DNA of 63,849 nt, filler included, from Aduncisulcus paluster (Eukaryota): the NCBI GenBank assembly GCA_024181965.1. It is 8 parts of 8 records of this genome, joined end to end, with 100 filler letters (N's around TTAATTAATTAA, not from the genome) between each part and the next. Parts side by side here need not be neighbours in the genome. Positions count along the whole stretch, not along the records: positions 1 to 9,993 come from BQXS01011124.1; 7 more parts are not named here. One strand, written 5' to 3'. The notes beneath the pieces were generated by a model, which saw nothing but the letters and a program-made list of their open reading frames with translations, ran no database searches and was not told where the DNA came from. This document shows, piece by piece, positions 1-10,093 of the stretch. How positions within the stretch are numbered: the stretch's first letter is position 1; each line of letters starts with the position of its first letter. The position numbers were made by a program, and so were the translations under genes.

Positions 1-2
1 CG

Positions 3-1112
3 AAGAAGTCGAAGAAATCTAAAAAATCGAAGAAAGGTGGGCTTGGTTCTGCTCTCGAAGTCCATTCCATTGATATCGCTCTCGATGAGATGACTGTTGC
101 TGGAAAAGATCGCAAACCCTCCTCTTCCTCTTCTTCCTCCTCTTCCTCCTCTTCCTCTTCCTCCAAACGAAAAGTTCAGAAATCGATTGAATATTTCATT
201 GATGACGATGCCCCCGATGACCATGCTTCCCCTCTTGGGCCTGGGACGGACAATCCAAGGTGTTCAGTGTTGTTGCCCACCAAGAAGTCTTCAAAGGGCT
301 GTATTGTGGCGACAGTTAAGTCTGGTTATATTGTTGGTGTGTCTGGGTGCAGCTTTGAGGTATATTTGGATGATCATGGAGAATCTGGATATGTTCCTCA
401 TACATGTGTTCTATTAATGGATACTGAGAAAGATACTGATGATTTTGGAATTGATGACGATGACCCCGATGACCATGCTTCCCCTCTTGGGCCTGGGACG
501 GACAATCCAAGGTGTTCAGTGTTGTTGCCCACCAAGAAGTCTTCAAAGGGCTGTATTGTGGCGACAGTTAAGTCTGGTTATATTGTTGGTGTGTCTGGGT
601 GCAGCTTTGAGGTATATTTGGATGATCATGGAGAATCTGGATATGTTCCTCATACATGTGTTCTATTAATGGATACTGAGAAAGATACTGATGATTTTGG
701 AATTGATGACGATGATTTATCCGTTGAAATCGAACTTCCCAAGATCGGTCGAATTGAACCGGCCGCTTATCCTGACTTGCCTGGGCCCTTGATTGGCTCT
801 GACCTTCCTATCACATCTCCCATGGCTCCTGACCTTGGCGATCTTCCTCCAATTATTCCTCCCCACGATGTCACTGGAGGTGGAGTAGGGGCTATTGTTA
901 GTCCGAGTGCACCTGATTTCGCTGATATTCCTGCCATTGGTGATCCTTCTGGACTTGCCCCTTCTTCGGGTGCCTTTCCAATTGTTGATGGACCGACTTC
1001 AGGAGTATTTGTGGTAGATGAAGGTGTTGACATGTCACTTTTCATGAGAAGTCGTGGATCTGCTGAAACTCCACTTGCTCCGACATTCGATGATCCGACG
1101 ACTCATGAATGA
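3..1112 (+). CDS. 5'-partial protein with two identical SH3-like domains and a Pro-rich C-terminus
   Basis: Frame is open from base 3. The repeated 84-aa unit ends in an SH3-like GESGYVPHTCV motif. The C-terminus has PMAP, PSAP and PLAP motifs. Confidence 0.65.
   Translation, partial: KKSKKSKKSKKGGLGSALEVHSIDIALDEMTVAGKDRKPSSSSSSSSSSSSSSSKRKVQKSIEYFIDDDAPDDHASPLGPGTDNPRCSVLLPTKKSSKGCIVATVKSGYIVGVSGCSFEVYLDDHGESGYVPHTCVLLMDTEKDTDDFGIDDDDPDDHASPLGPGTDNPRCSVLLPTKKSSKGCIVATVKSGYIVGVSGCSFEVYLDDHGESGYVPHTCVLLMDTEKDTDDFGIDDDDLSVEIELPKIGRIEPAAYPDLPGPLIGSDLPITSPMAPDLGDLPPIIPPHDVTGGGVGAIVSPSAPDFADIPAIGDPSGLAPSSGAFPIVDGPTSGVFVVDEGVDMSLFMRSRGSAETPLAPTFDDPTTHE
198..714 (+). repeat. 252-bp near-exact tandem duplication
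   Basis: Unit starts ATTGATGACGATG at 198 and 450, with a partial third start at 702. One substitution seen between copies. Confidence 0.95.
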
Positions 1113-1329
1113 TCTGTATGAGCTTATATATATTGTTTATTCATACCAATCCACACAAAGATAAAATATATCATAATATATTGGCGAGATATTGTTAAAT
1201 TATATATGATTTCTTATATGGCTAACTCTATCGAATAACAACTATTTTTTCCAAGAAATATAATTATAAGTTGAGAAATCTTTTGGTTTATATAGATATA
1301 CAGTATGTGCTTATATGGATGGTTGTTAT

Positions 1330-2030
1330 CATTTTGTTCAAATAAATCAAAATGGTAATTCTCTTCGAGTTCAGCTTCAATATTCTAAGGTTTCAAAGCA
1401 TCACCTCCGACCTGTGACCAATGTGCAATCATGTTGCTTTTGTATGAATTCATTCAAAAAGCAGTTCATCAGAAGTCATAGTATTTCAAAAATGTCGATG
1501 CTCTTGTGATCAATTTCCAGTAGTAAACTTTCTCTCGAGTCTGTCTTGGTATTCATCCTTCTTTTGATATTTTTCTGATATCTGAGATAGAAAGAGAGAG
1601 CTAGTTTGGTTTAGTGCTTCATTGTATAGAATGTATCATAGAGTATTGTGATGTTATGTATGTATGTAGGGTGGGTGGGTGGGCAAGACATACATTCTTA
1701 AAAATCTAACTCAATCGTTGATCCATTCAATTTCTACGACTTTTCGTTCATGTTTATCAACCAAGAAACCTCTGGATCATGCCAGTTCTAGTTTCATATA
1801 CTTCGTAGTGTTCTTTTTCTTTCGAGTCCATTCATTTCCTCCGTGTGCATCTGAATCTTCTCGACTTCACTTATACTTGAAATGAGAACAATCAATTCAC
1901 TCACACAATTTGACCTTGCTAGCTCTTCTTGACAACGGTGGGAGTGGCTCTCAATCGATTCTTTCAATCTCTGAAACCGAGTGGAAAGTCTTGAAATAGA
2001 AATGTATGGCAAAAAAAGATCTGTTTCGCA
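1330..2030 (-). pseudogene. Decayed coiled-coil-like gene with a candidate 112-nt spliceosomal intron (1693-1582)
   Basis: Minus strand reads GTATGT...CTCTCTCTTTCTATCTCAG. Flanks are coding-like (ORF 1794-2012) but have stops in all frames. Boundaries approximate. Confidence 0.45.
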
Positions 2031-2050
2031 TTAAAAATGAAAGAAAATCA

Positions 2051-2992
2051 TTATAGAATTCCAGTTGCCATACTAATACTGGGATTAGATTCTCTCGTAG
2101 TAATAGTACTTTGTACCGTTGAGGCCTTCGAGAAACAATACTGATCGTGCTTACTCTTCACAATATCATCAATGGATTCACTGAGTTTTGGACTGAGGTG
2201 TGGGGTTAGCCCCGATCTCCCGAAATCGGGGTCTTCCTGTGTAATATTGTGGACGCAGCCCAACTCAACCGTGTCACGAAATACTAAACCATCTTGTAGC
2301 AGAATCTCGTCCACCAAACTCAAATCCTCTTTAAGGGCCAGACCAGTTGGCCAGAGTTCCCTTGACGCTTCTTTGTGGCGAGTCACCTACAAGGTTGTAG
2401 ATGGCTCCCAGGATGACGTAGTTGTCAGATATCCATCAAAGAAGCGGGCCTCTTTCTCCAGAATCATGGCAGCAGTACCATCTTTGTCCTTAACACGAGT
2501 CTCGTCTATCATAGCAATTTCGAAAATGCTGCTATCTCTTCTTCTTGCGGATTCGGGCCAGTTGGCCAGAGTACCCTTTATGCAGAGATGTCGCACTCGA
2601 CCACTCACGGAAACGCCATCAACAAAAACAGAAAGTGGGCACCATAACCATGATTTTTCCCAGAGAGCCTCGTCCCAAACCGTCAAAGTCTTTTTGGGTG
2701 AATCCAAAATGGCATTATTTCCACTAATAATCGTCGAGTGGCAGTCCCGCACAAAGTCATCACCTTGAATCAGTCGACTTACTAGAAACAAGCATCGAGA
2801 TGCAGAATCGAATTCACCTATTGTAATCAAACCTTTCAGAAGCGAGATCATAACCGCAGAAATCAAGGAGCGCTGTATCTCTTTTCCTCTCTTCCCCGGT
2901 GTGGTTGGGTTCTTGAAGAGAGGTTGGAGCTTTTCGGCTGGGAGTTGCATCTTCTGGATTCTTCTCGATATCGGATATGATACAACCTCCAC
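2051..2992 (-). pseudogene. Unknown protein interrupted by one in-frame TAG
   Basis: ORFs 2387-2992 and 2051-2386 abut in the same frame, separated only by the TAG at 2389-2387. Confidence 0.6.
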
Positions 2993-3261
2993 AATCGTGC
3001 TTTCTCTCTCAATCGCCTTTTCTCTTCTTCTCTCAATCTCCTTCTGCTTCCTATCAATTTCTCTGATCCTCTAAAAATTTTCTTTGTTAGTGGAAATACA
3101 CGAATATCGTACTCTTCTACGGTTCTTCTCTCAGTTCAGATACATCGGGGGCGCGTGGGACTGTACCTTCTTTTCCCACGAAGACAAAGGTGAAGGCCAA
3201 AGCCTGACGCTTCACACATAGAACAAGGAGTATGCCCGTCTTCCTTCTCTTCGTTCTATCA

Positions 3262-4205
3262 TCATCTCTGTCTCTCATCATCACTCTCAAGGTCATCTTC
3301 AACTTCTTCACCACTTTTTTCATCCAGCCCCGATTCCCAGGAGTTCCATATGCAAGAGGTCTGGAACCTGGTTTGTGGTGGGACTAAACCACAGAGCACT
3401 GTCGTGGAGCGGAGTAGAGGGTAACTCGTGAGGCTCCCAAAAGGTATCTTCACTCCCAAAGAGAAGATCTCGTCCTTCGCCCCGACAAACTGAACATGGG
3501 GTGAGCCCGCCCGATTTTGACCCGGAGTTTTTTCATTGCGGGCTATCGGTAACCATGGAGTTGAGATACACAATGACAATGACCCCATCCACCTCAAGCC
3601 AAGGTATATGATGTCCTTCTTGAGTTCGGTAAAGACATTCATCGTCTCGTCTCTCGCTCTACGCCATTCGTCCATACGGTGGTCTTCTTGTATGGAATGA
3701 TGAGTTTCGTTTTCCAATAGTGGGCTTTGATTGTTAATGAAGAAGATCTGAGGATTAGATCTGGCTCCATATTGTGAAGCAGACTATCTAACACTGCTTG
3801 GAGTGATATGAGGGCTCCAACCTCCACTCCACCAGAATATACACTTGTGTCACTGGTTGTCACCTCTCGGAGGCTTGATAATAGGCTTCGAGTCAAGCCG
3901 ATAATAAGACCGAACACTCCCCAAGGATTTAATCCCCGTGAAATGTTTCAATATCAAACTCAATTGAATTTTTGTGCGACGGTAGCCAATGAAAAGATTT
4001 TATGTTCCAAGCTTACTGTGTTTGTATGGAATCGAAGGTCTTCTCCTGAAGAATGGATGTCTTTTGGTATTTTTACCATCGGCCAGCCACATTTTAAAAG
4101 ATTTAAATCGTTGTATGACTCCAATTCAACCCCATTAAGTGTTAAATTGCCATCTTCTTCAAAGGAAAGTATTCTTTGTGAGGATTGAACATCTGTGTGT
4201 TTCAA
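3262..4205 (-). pseudogene. Fragments of an unknown gene
   Basis: Three successive coding-like minus ORFs without ATG starts (3960-4205, 3639-3917, 3262-3717), broken by a stop and a frameshift, ending in an acidic tail. Confidence 0.45.
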
Positions 4206-4636
4206 TTTTCTTTCTTTTTCTTTGCCAATACTGTCAAAAGAACCAATTGTGAACAGCTCTTCGTTTCAATTCTCTCAATTTAATTTCCTCTAAAATTACA
4301 ATTATTATCGTCGATATAGGATGTCCATTCCAAGTAGTAGAGCAGCTCTCAGTCCTTCTTTCCTCTCCCCTCTCGAATTGCACACGATAAATTCAATAAG
4401 GAGATTGGTCCCAGTCGGCGCTACACTAGTAATTGGGTACAGGATTTGACCACTCCTGATAGTGGAGTATGTTCCTTCAATCAATACGACCAGGAGCAGA
4501 TCGTCATCCAGCATCCACTCAAACTCTACGCTTATGCATTTCATATACCTTGCCTCATTGAAGAGGATCAGGGAGTCAAATTTTCCTTTGCATCCTTGAT
4601 AATAGCTAATTCTCATCTTAATATTAAGCTGTTCTC

Positions 4637-5899
4637 TCAAGTATTTGGCGAAATCTTTCCGATTTGACTCAGTATGGCCTCGAATATCCTTTCTAACATT
4701 TCTTGGATGGGACCAAAGTGCGCGACCATGTCCGACATGAAATTGAGAAGGCCTTTGATCCATTTTCCCAGGAGCTTGAATTTTGCCAAATAGCCAATAT
4801 TAATAGCTGCTGAAATATCTCTGTGGGTCACAGACAGGCACCTTCTCTGGCGCTTTAATTTTGTATTTCCTTTGCGAACCACCGGGTCGTGTTCTGCCCA
4901 GCAACAGAATGATAACGGAAACCCACAGTGTCTCTTCCCGCTGGCCGGGAATTTCCCATCCCCTACACACAGCATTGGGGTACTGCCGGTCATTTTAGAA
5001 AATTTGGCGATTTTCTTCTCGAGTTTTTGTGCTACCTTAAGTTTTTTCGCGTGATTGCCATAAAACTTGATTTTTGAACGTGTACAGTACAGTGACTCCT
5101 TACGGCGTCAACGTTTGGTTGGACTGTATCTTCGTTTGACAGCTCATCGAACTGATCCCTTATGTCGATCACATGGCATATATACACTGGTTCCAATCGA
5201 ATCTCTCGTGTAGTGGTTCTTGCATTTATGCACGGCGTAAGCATCAAACATCACTAAGTCTTTGGGGAGGCACAGTGTCCTCCATCTCTCCCAGTATTTG
5301 CCTATGCATCCTGGACTCCAAGGGGTGAGATGTGGGCTCAGTCTCGCACTCCCGAAAGGAGTCGGGGTCTTCAAGTGTTACTGACTGAGGCGTTTCTCTC
5401 TCCTCGCAAACTGTACCCAAATACTTCTTACCTCCTGAATCTCTTGTAGATTGCTTCCTTGGCAACATTCCCCCCACGAGAGGGGGCTTTCTGCTTCTGG
5501 AGATCAGCAATGAGAGCAGCAAAGGCTATCCTCAGATTCCAATTCTTCAAGCTCTTTGTCAACGACATCCTCTTCTTCTCCATCATCATCTTCTTTCGGA
5601 TTCGTAATCCTACTGTGTCTCTTCGTGAGTTCCGTTGCTTCAACCATATCAGCATTTTCTTGGAGTCTCTTTAAGCATTTGTGGCGCATTTGACTTTCCT
5701 TTTGGGATCCGGTTGGTGAGTATCCCTTTTCAATGTGTCTCAACAGAACATTTCCAGCAATGAGATCAGTGAAGATCTCGGGCAGGTGCAACAGAAAGGC
5801 ATTAATATCACTGGCACTCGGTGAAACTGCAAAGGGAGACTGTATCTTTTTCTCGCCGCAGCGTTCTTCTATCGTTGAGAGCACTTCAAGGTGCATCAT
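4637..5899 (-). pseudogene. Fanzor (eukaryotic TnpB-like RuvC nuclease) pseudogene
   Basis: Motifs in the expected order across frames: DSGGKKYLGTVC (RuvC-I DPG-like, ~5441-5406), basic helix RSKIKFYGNHAKKLKVAQKLEKKI, PMLCVGDGKFP (~4978-4946), Cys remnants, HRDISAAINI (RuvC-III, 4825-4796), then DQRPSQF after a 1-nt shift. In-frame TGAs at 5146-5144 and 5110-5108. The RuvC-II Glu segment is missing. Confidence 0.75.
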
Positions 5900-7400
5900 A
5901 TCATGGGGAAGGTGATATTGGGGGAAGAAATAGAGGGAAAGAGATGAAAGGATCCAATAAATACTTCAGTAATTGAGTCTATTTCGTATACTATTGATAC
6001 CATCGGCAAAACACAAAACATGTCAACTGGTTCTATGTATGAAACTATTGGTTCGGTTTTAGTCGTTTGCATTTCTCCCCCCCTTAACGCACACAATGCA
6101 TCCCTTTCATGTGACGAGAGAGCTGTCAGATCAGTAATAATAAAGGATTTTCCAAGGTAGATGGTGTTGGATTTGGCCTTGTCGAAGGTAAAAATAGATA
6201 AACTGGAATTCTCAGAATTTAAAAATTTTGTTGACAAAACGTCATTGATCAAAAAAAAATCTTCAGGAATCCCATCTTCATTGGTTATTTGGGTCCTTAT
6301 CTATATATTGCCATCCGGCAAGATCTGCCCGTTCTACAACTTCTTTTACCTTCTTAACCAGAGAGGAGGTAATGAATTTCGTTCCTGAGTGATTGAGAAT
6401 ATCACCTAACTGTTGTATGACTATAAGACCTCCCAATAGTGATCTTCTTTGTGATATAAAAACGAGATAGCTGCATGGGTTATTGCTATAAGAGCATGTG
6501 TTTTCGTCTCATGGAAGCGATAAGATGAGGTTTCTGGGGGCGTAAAGAGATTTTCGAGCTCAGAGATGTAATGTGCTTCGTTCCTGAATGATCAAGTATT
6601 TCATTCAACTTCTTAAGGATGGATAACGCATTCCAATGCTGATCTCCCTTTATATAGGTATGATATTGCAGCATGGGTTACTGCTTGGAGAGGGTGTGTC
6701 TTCGTAGGATGAGGTCTCTGGCGGTGCAAATAGATTTTCAAGTTCATCAGTACCTATTCTTTTTCCATGAATGGCCTTGGTAGGGGGGTAATATTGGCAT
6801 TCCCCGTCGGAATGTTGCTCAAGTAACTCTTTTAACTTTTTTGTGGCTCTTTTCAATCATCTCTCTCTCTTCGTAAACTCTTGTCGAGTATACATCTTTC
6901 ATCAAGGGAAGCGATTTCAGTTATTGATTTGACCGATTTTCGGAAACTGAGGGGATAGTTCGCAAACGTAGTTTTTATCGCAAGGGTTTTCACCTTTCCG
7001 TGTATACTATTGACACCATCGGCAAAACACAAAACAAAACAAATCTTGGCGTTCTTTTTAAACAAACCGGCATCGACCCAGTCTGAAGGAGGACCATCCA
7101 CAGCTTCGCATCTCTCGCCTACTTTGATAATTTCAGTTCTTATTTTTCGTAAGTAAGCTGGGGTGATCGAATCGAACAAGTTCGTTCTTAATTTCGACAT
7201 TATATCCACCAGCATAGTTTGCAGTGCTTCTGAATCCCCCCTCCCAAATCCCTCTCTCAACTGCTACATTTTTAGTCCTTATCATAAATTCCAATATCGT
7301 CCTTATTCTTAATTTCACGCATCTACAGCCTTCCATAATCTCATTGGCGTCCTCTCCTCTTCTAAACAAATCAAACTCCTCCTCCTTCCCAACCCCTTTT
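5896..7400 (-). pseudogene. Degenerate ORF fragments including two paralogous segments
   Basis: Minus ORFs 7133-7369, 6853-7260, 6650-6856, 6486-6674 and 5896-6252 in shifting frames, with a shared 35-bp block. Confidence 0.45.
5986..7036. repeat. 35-bp dispersed direct repeat (5986-6020 and 7002-7036)
   Basis: GTATACTATTGAYACCATCGGCAAAACACAAAACA, 34/35 identical. Confidence 0.9.
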
Positions 7401-7811
7401 TCTTGAATAGTACAGTATACAACTTCGATTTGAAAAGATATTGAAGGACATCTTTTAGCTCATTGATAGCCTTTCCCTCTCAATCTCTTTGACAACTTCT
7501 TTTAAATTGTTATTGTGGTTTCTTGCAGCATCATCTATAATAGTGGTTGGTGTGTTTCCACAACACCGTTTGATAGGAGAAGCTTCACTCAATAAAGAGA
7601 GAGGAAGGGGGTGCGGGTCCGGGGTTTCAATAGTAATTACCTCCTCATCCTTTAATAATGTAGTATCGCATACATGTTACGATATTTAGGATAATATTAT
7701 GTCAGAGATTCACTAAAACGAAACAATCACCACACCGTCCACATGTGTGAAGCGGGGTCAATACATGTAGAGAGATCAATATCTCGCACAATTTGCATGA
7801 CTAGATCACTG

Positions 7812-8096
7812 TCATCTGATGTTGGCATCCCGAGGCAGGGATGTTTCTTCTTCATCGTCCTCTTCAAGCAATGCATCAGATAGGTCATCATTCTGACTTC
7901 TCCACTCTCCTGTTGAATCTTCAGATCTCAATTGTGAAGAACTTGTTGAAGATTCATCCTTTTGATTGATTGCATAGTCATCTTCTTCGTCAAAAAGTGG
8001 GTCATCCCCAAACTTGGCGTCTCCATAAGAATCTAATGGGGGGTTGAAAAAGATGGATACTATCCAATCTTTCCTGGTTTGCCTCGGATCTTTCAA
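7812..8096 (-). pseudogene. Acidic ORF remnant
   Basis: 94-aa D/E/S-rich ORF without an ATG start, co-oriented with the island. Confidence 0.35.
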
Positions 8097-8313
8097 TCAT
8101 TTGTCTATCTTCTTGCGTAATATCAAGGTATGAACTGTACCTTCTTCGATTAGTCACCATTTGACACCAAAATACAATTTCAATTTGGAAATGCGCAATT
8201 AATGCATGAAATACTAATATAAGAGGTTAATAAACATTTCAGGTAAAATATTCGATTTCATGCATTAAAATATCATTTTACTTGGGAGTTTCTTCAAAAC
8301 ATATGGAGAAACA

Positions 8314-8412
8314 CCGTCAATCATCACCAACTTGGTGATTGCAAAACCACCTCTCCACAGGTACAGAGTTCCACAATACCTGTGGGAGAGGTTCTCGTCA
8401 AAAATGACGGAA
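8314..8412. other. Multi-hairpin element (possible structured RNA or DNA cruciform)
   Basis: ATCACCAA-C-TTGGTGAT palindrome, CCTCTCCACAGGTA/TACCTGTGGGAGAGG stem, and CCGTCA(8314)/TGACGG(8405) or CGTCA-AAAA-TGACG closing stems. Confidence 0.5.
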
Positions 8413-9005
8413 TTTTATACTTGACCATTCTCGAAAAGGGATCTGTTGCTGCGTGTTATACTTCTTGACCGAATTGGTTGAGGATAGCTGTCATTAATAC
8501 AACATGACAGTAGCAGATAGTGAATGGAATGGTAAATCATCGGAATATTATCCGTTTCGGGATGTAATACTAGGCCAGAGGTTTCTGTTCTTGTGATTGA
8601 TTCGAGCAATTTAATTTAGAGAGGACTTGCCAAGTGTGGCCGGAGTAAATTGTGTCCAGTTTCAAGACACCAAGGACACGGATAATATCCCGAATCTATA
8701 CATCTAAAAATATGTGTTTAACGGTCAATCGACACAATATGTGACATTTATGTCCCTTTTTAACATCCTCCGTTACATTTTGTATATCCTTATATTGATC
8801 ACGGGATCTAAATGAATTCTTTTCATGGTGTCAGCAAATATTCTTCGTAGATGCGATTCGCCTCGGATTTTCTCCGAGCAATGTTTCTCTTTTAAGTTCC
8901 ACTCTCGATACTATATCAATTTCAGGAACAAAATCTTTTACACAATCTTGGATAAAATTCTTTTCAGCACTACTAAGTGACTGATCTTGTAATAGAGCTC
9001 TGGCT

Positions 9006-9452
9006 CTAGTAAATATTACGTGTAGTAGATGGCATCATAATATATCTTTGAGATACCATGGATAATAAAATAACACTTATGGATGGATAACTTGTTCTTA
9101 TTGAAACAAGATCTCCCTGCCTGTGTTTCCCACAGGATAAGGAACTTACTCCACTTGACTCCTGTTGAGCCAAGAAGTCTGCAACAGCCTCTTCAGTTCC
9201 AATATATCCTCTGCATAGAGAAGAACCACAATGACACTCTTGCAGATGTATCTCGTCGATAACACTGTAGTTTGTAGTGATCTTATCCCCTGCATCAATT
9301 ACCTCATCCGCAACAATGTAAACGATAACCTTTGGATTCTCATAACAGATAACAGTCTCCAGATAGCTGCAATTAGGCTCACAACTATGATTGGCAAAGG
9401 CTGCGACACATGCTGATCTGCATGGAGGGATCACGCCGGGGGGGACAACCAA
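9006..9452 (-). pseudogene. SET-domain C-terminal half plus post-SET (lysine methyltransferase fragment)
   Basis: AAFANHSCEPNC, IDAGDKITTNY and CHCGSSLCRGYIG motifs. N-terminal SET half and ATG absent. Candidate intron 9495-9418 (GTAAGT...TGCAG). Confidence 0.8.
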
Positions 9453-9993
9453 GGGGCCAAAAACGGAACATGAACAAATAAATCATAAGACTTACGCTCC
9501 CCCGGGTTGATCAGACCCAGGGGAACTGCTTTTATAATATATTATGTGCCCAAAACCAAAGCCCGCAATCGTGAGATTCACACCGAAAGGTTAATGTGGG
9601 AAATATTAGAATGTAAATTAAGATTAAAGGTATAATAAATAGTTAATAATTTATTTTTGTGCATGAGTTATTGATAATATGCTCATGTTAAGAGATCAGA
9701 AATAAGATCTGGAATGAAGAAGTCAGACGGATATTATAAAACATATTATTAATAAATATTTCTAATATACTTAAATTTATTATTTATTCTTCTTCTGCTA
9801 ATCCTTTTCCCTGACATTGGTGAAATTTGAAAAAGACTGATTTCTCCTTGGTTGTTATAATTAAATTTTTTATTATAGCGTTTTTATTATTTATATTGGA
9901 TTTTATAAAGGTTTTTATTGTTGTTTTTTTAATAAATGCATTTTAATATCTGACCTTGATGACATTTGAAAAATTCTTATATATCGGGTAAAA

Positions 9994-10093
9994 NNNNNNN
10001 NNNNNNNNNNNNNNNNNNNNNNNNNNNNNNNNNNNNNTTAATTAATTAANNNNNNNNNNNNNNNNNNNNNNNNNNNNNNNNNNNNNNNNNNNN
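9994..10093. other. Artificial contig linker (same linker cores at 18029, 27632, 32976, 41879, 49671, 59985)
   Basis: N-run + TTAATTAATTAA (multi-frame stop spacer) + N-run, seen seven times. Confidence 0.98.

Noticed and set aside
2051-9452. Alternative genetic code or tiny introns explaining the island fragmentation
   Set aside because: Breaks include TAG, TGA, frameshifts and missing motifs. All three stops terminate intact genes elsewhere. The 21-nt GTAAG..CAG at 5431-5411 does not restore a frame.
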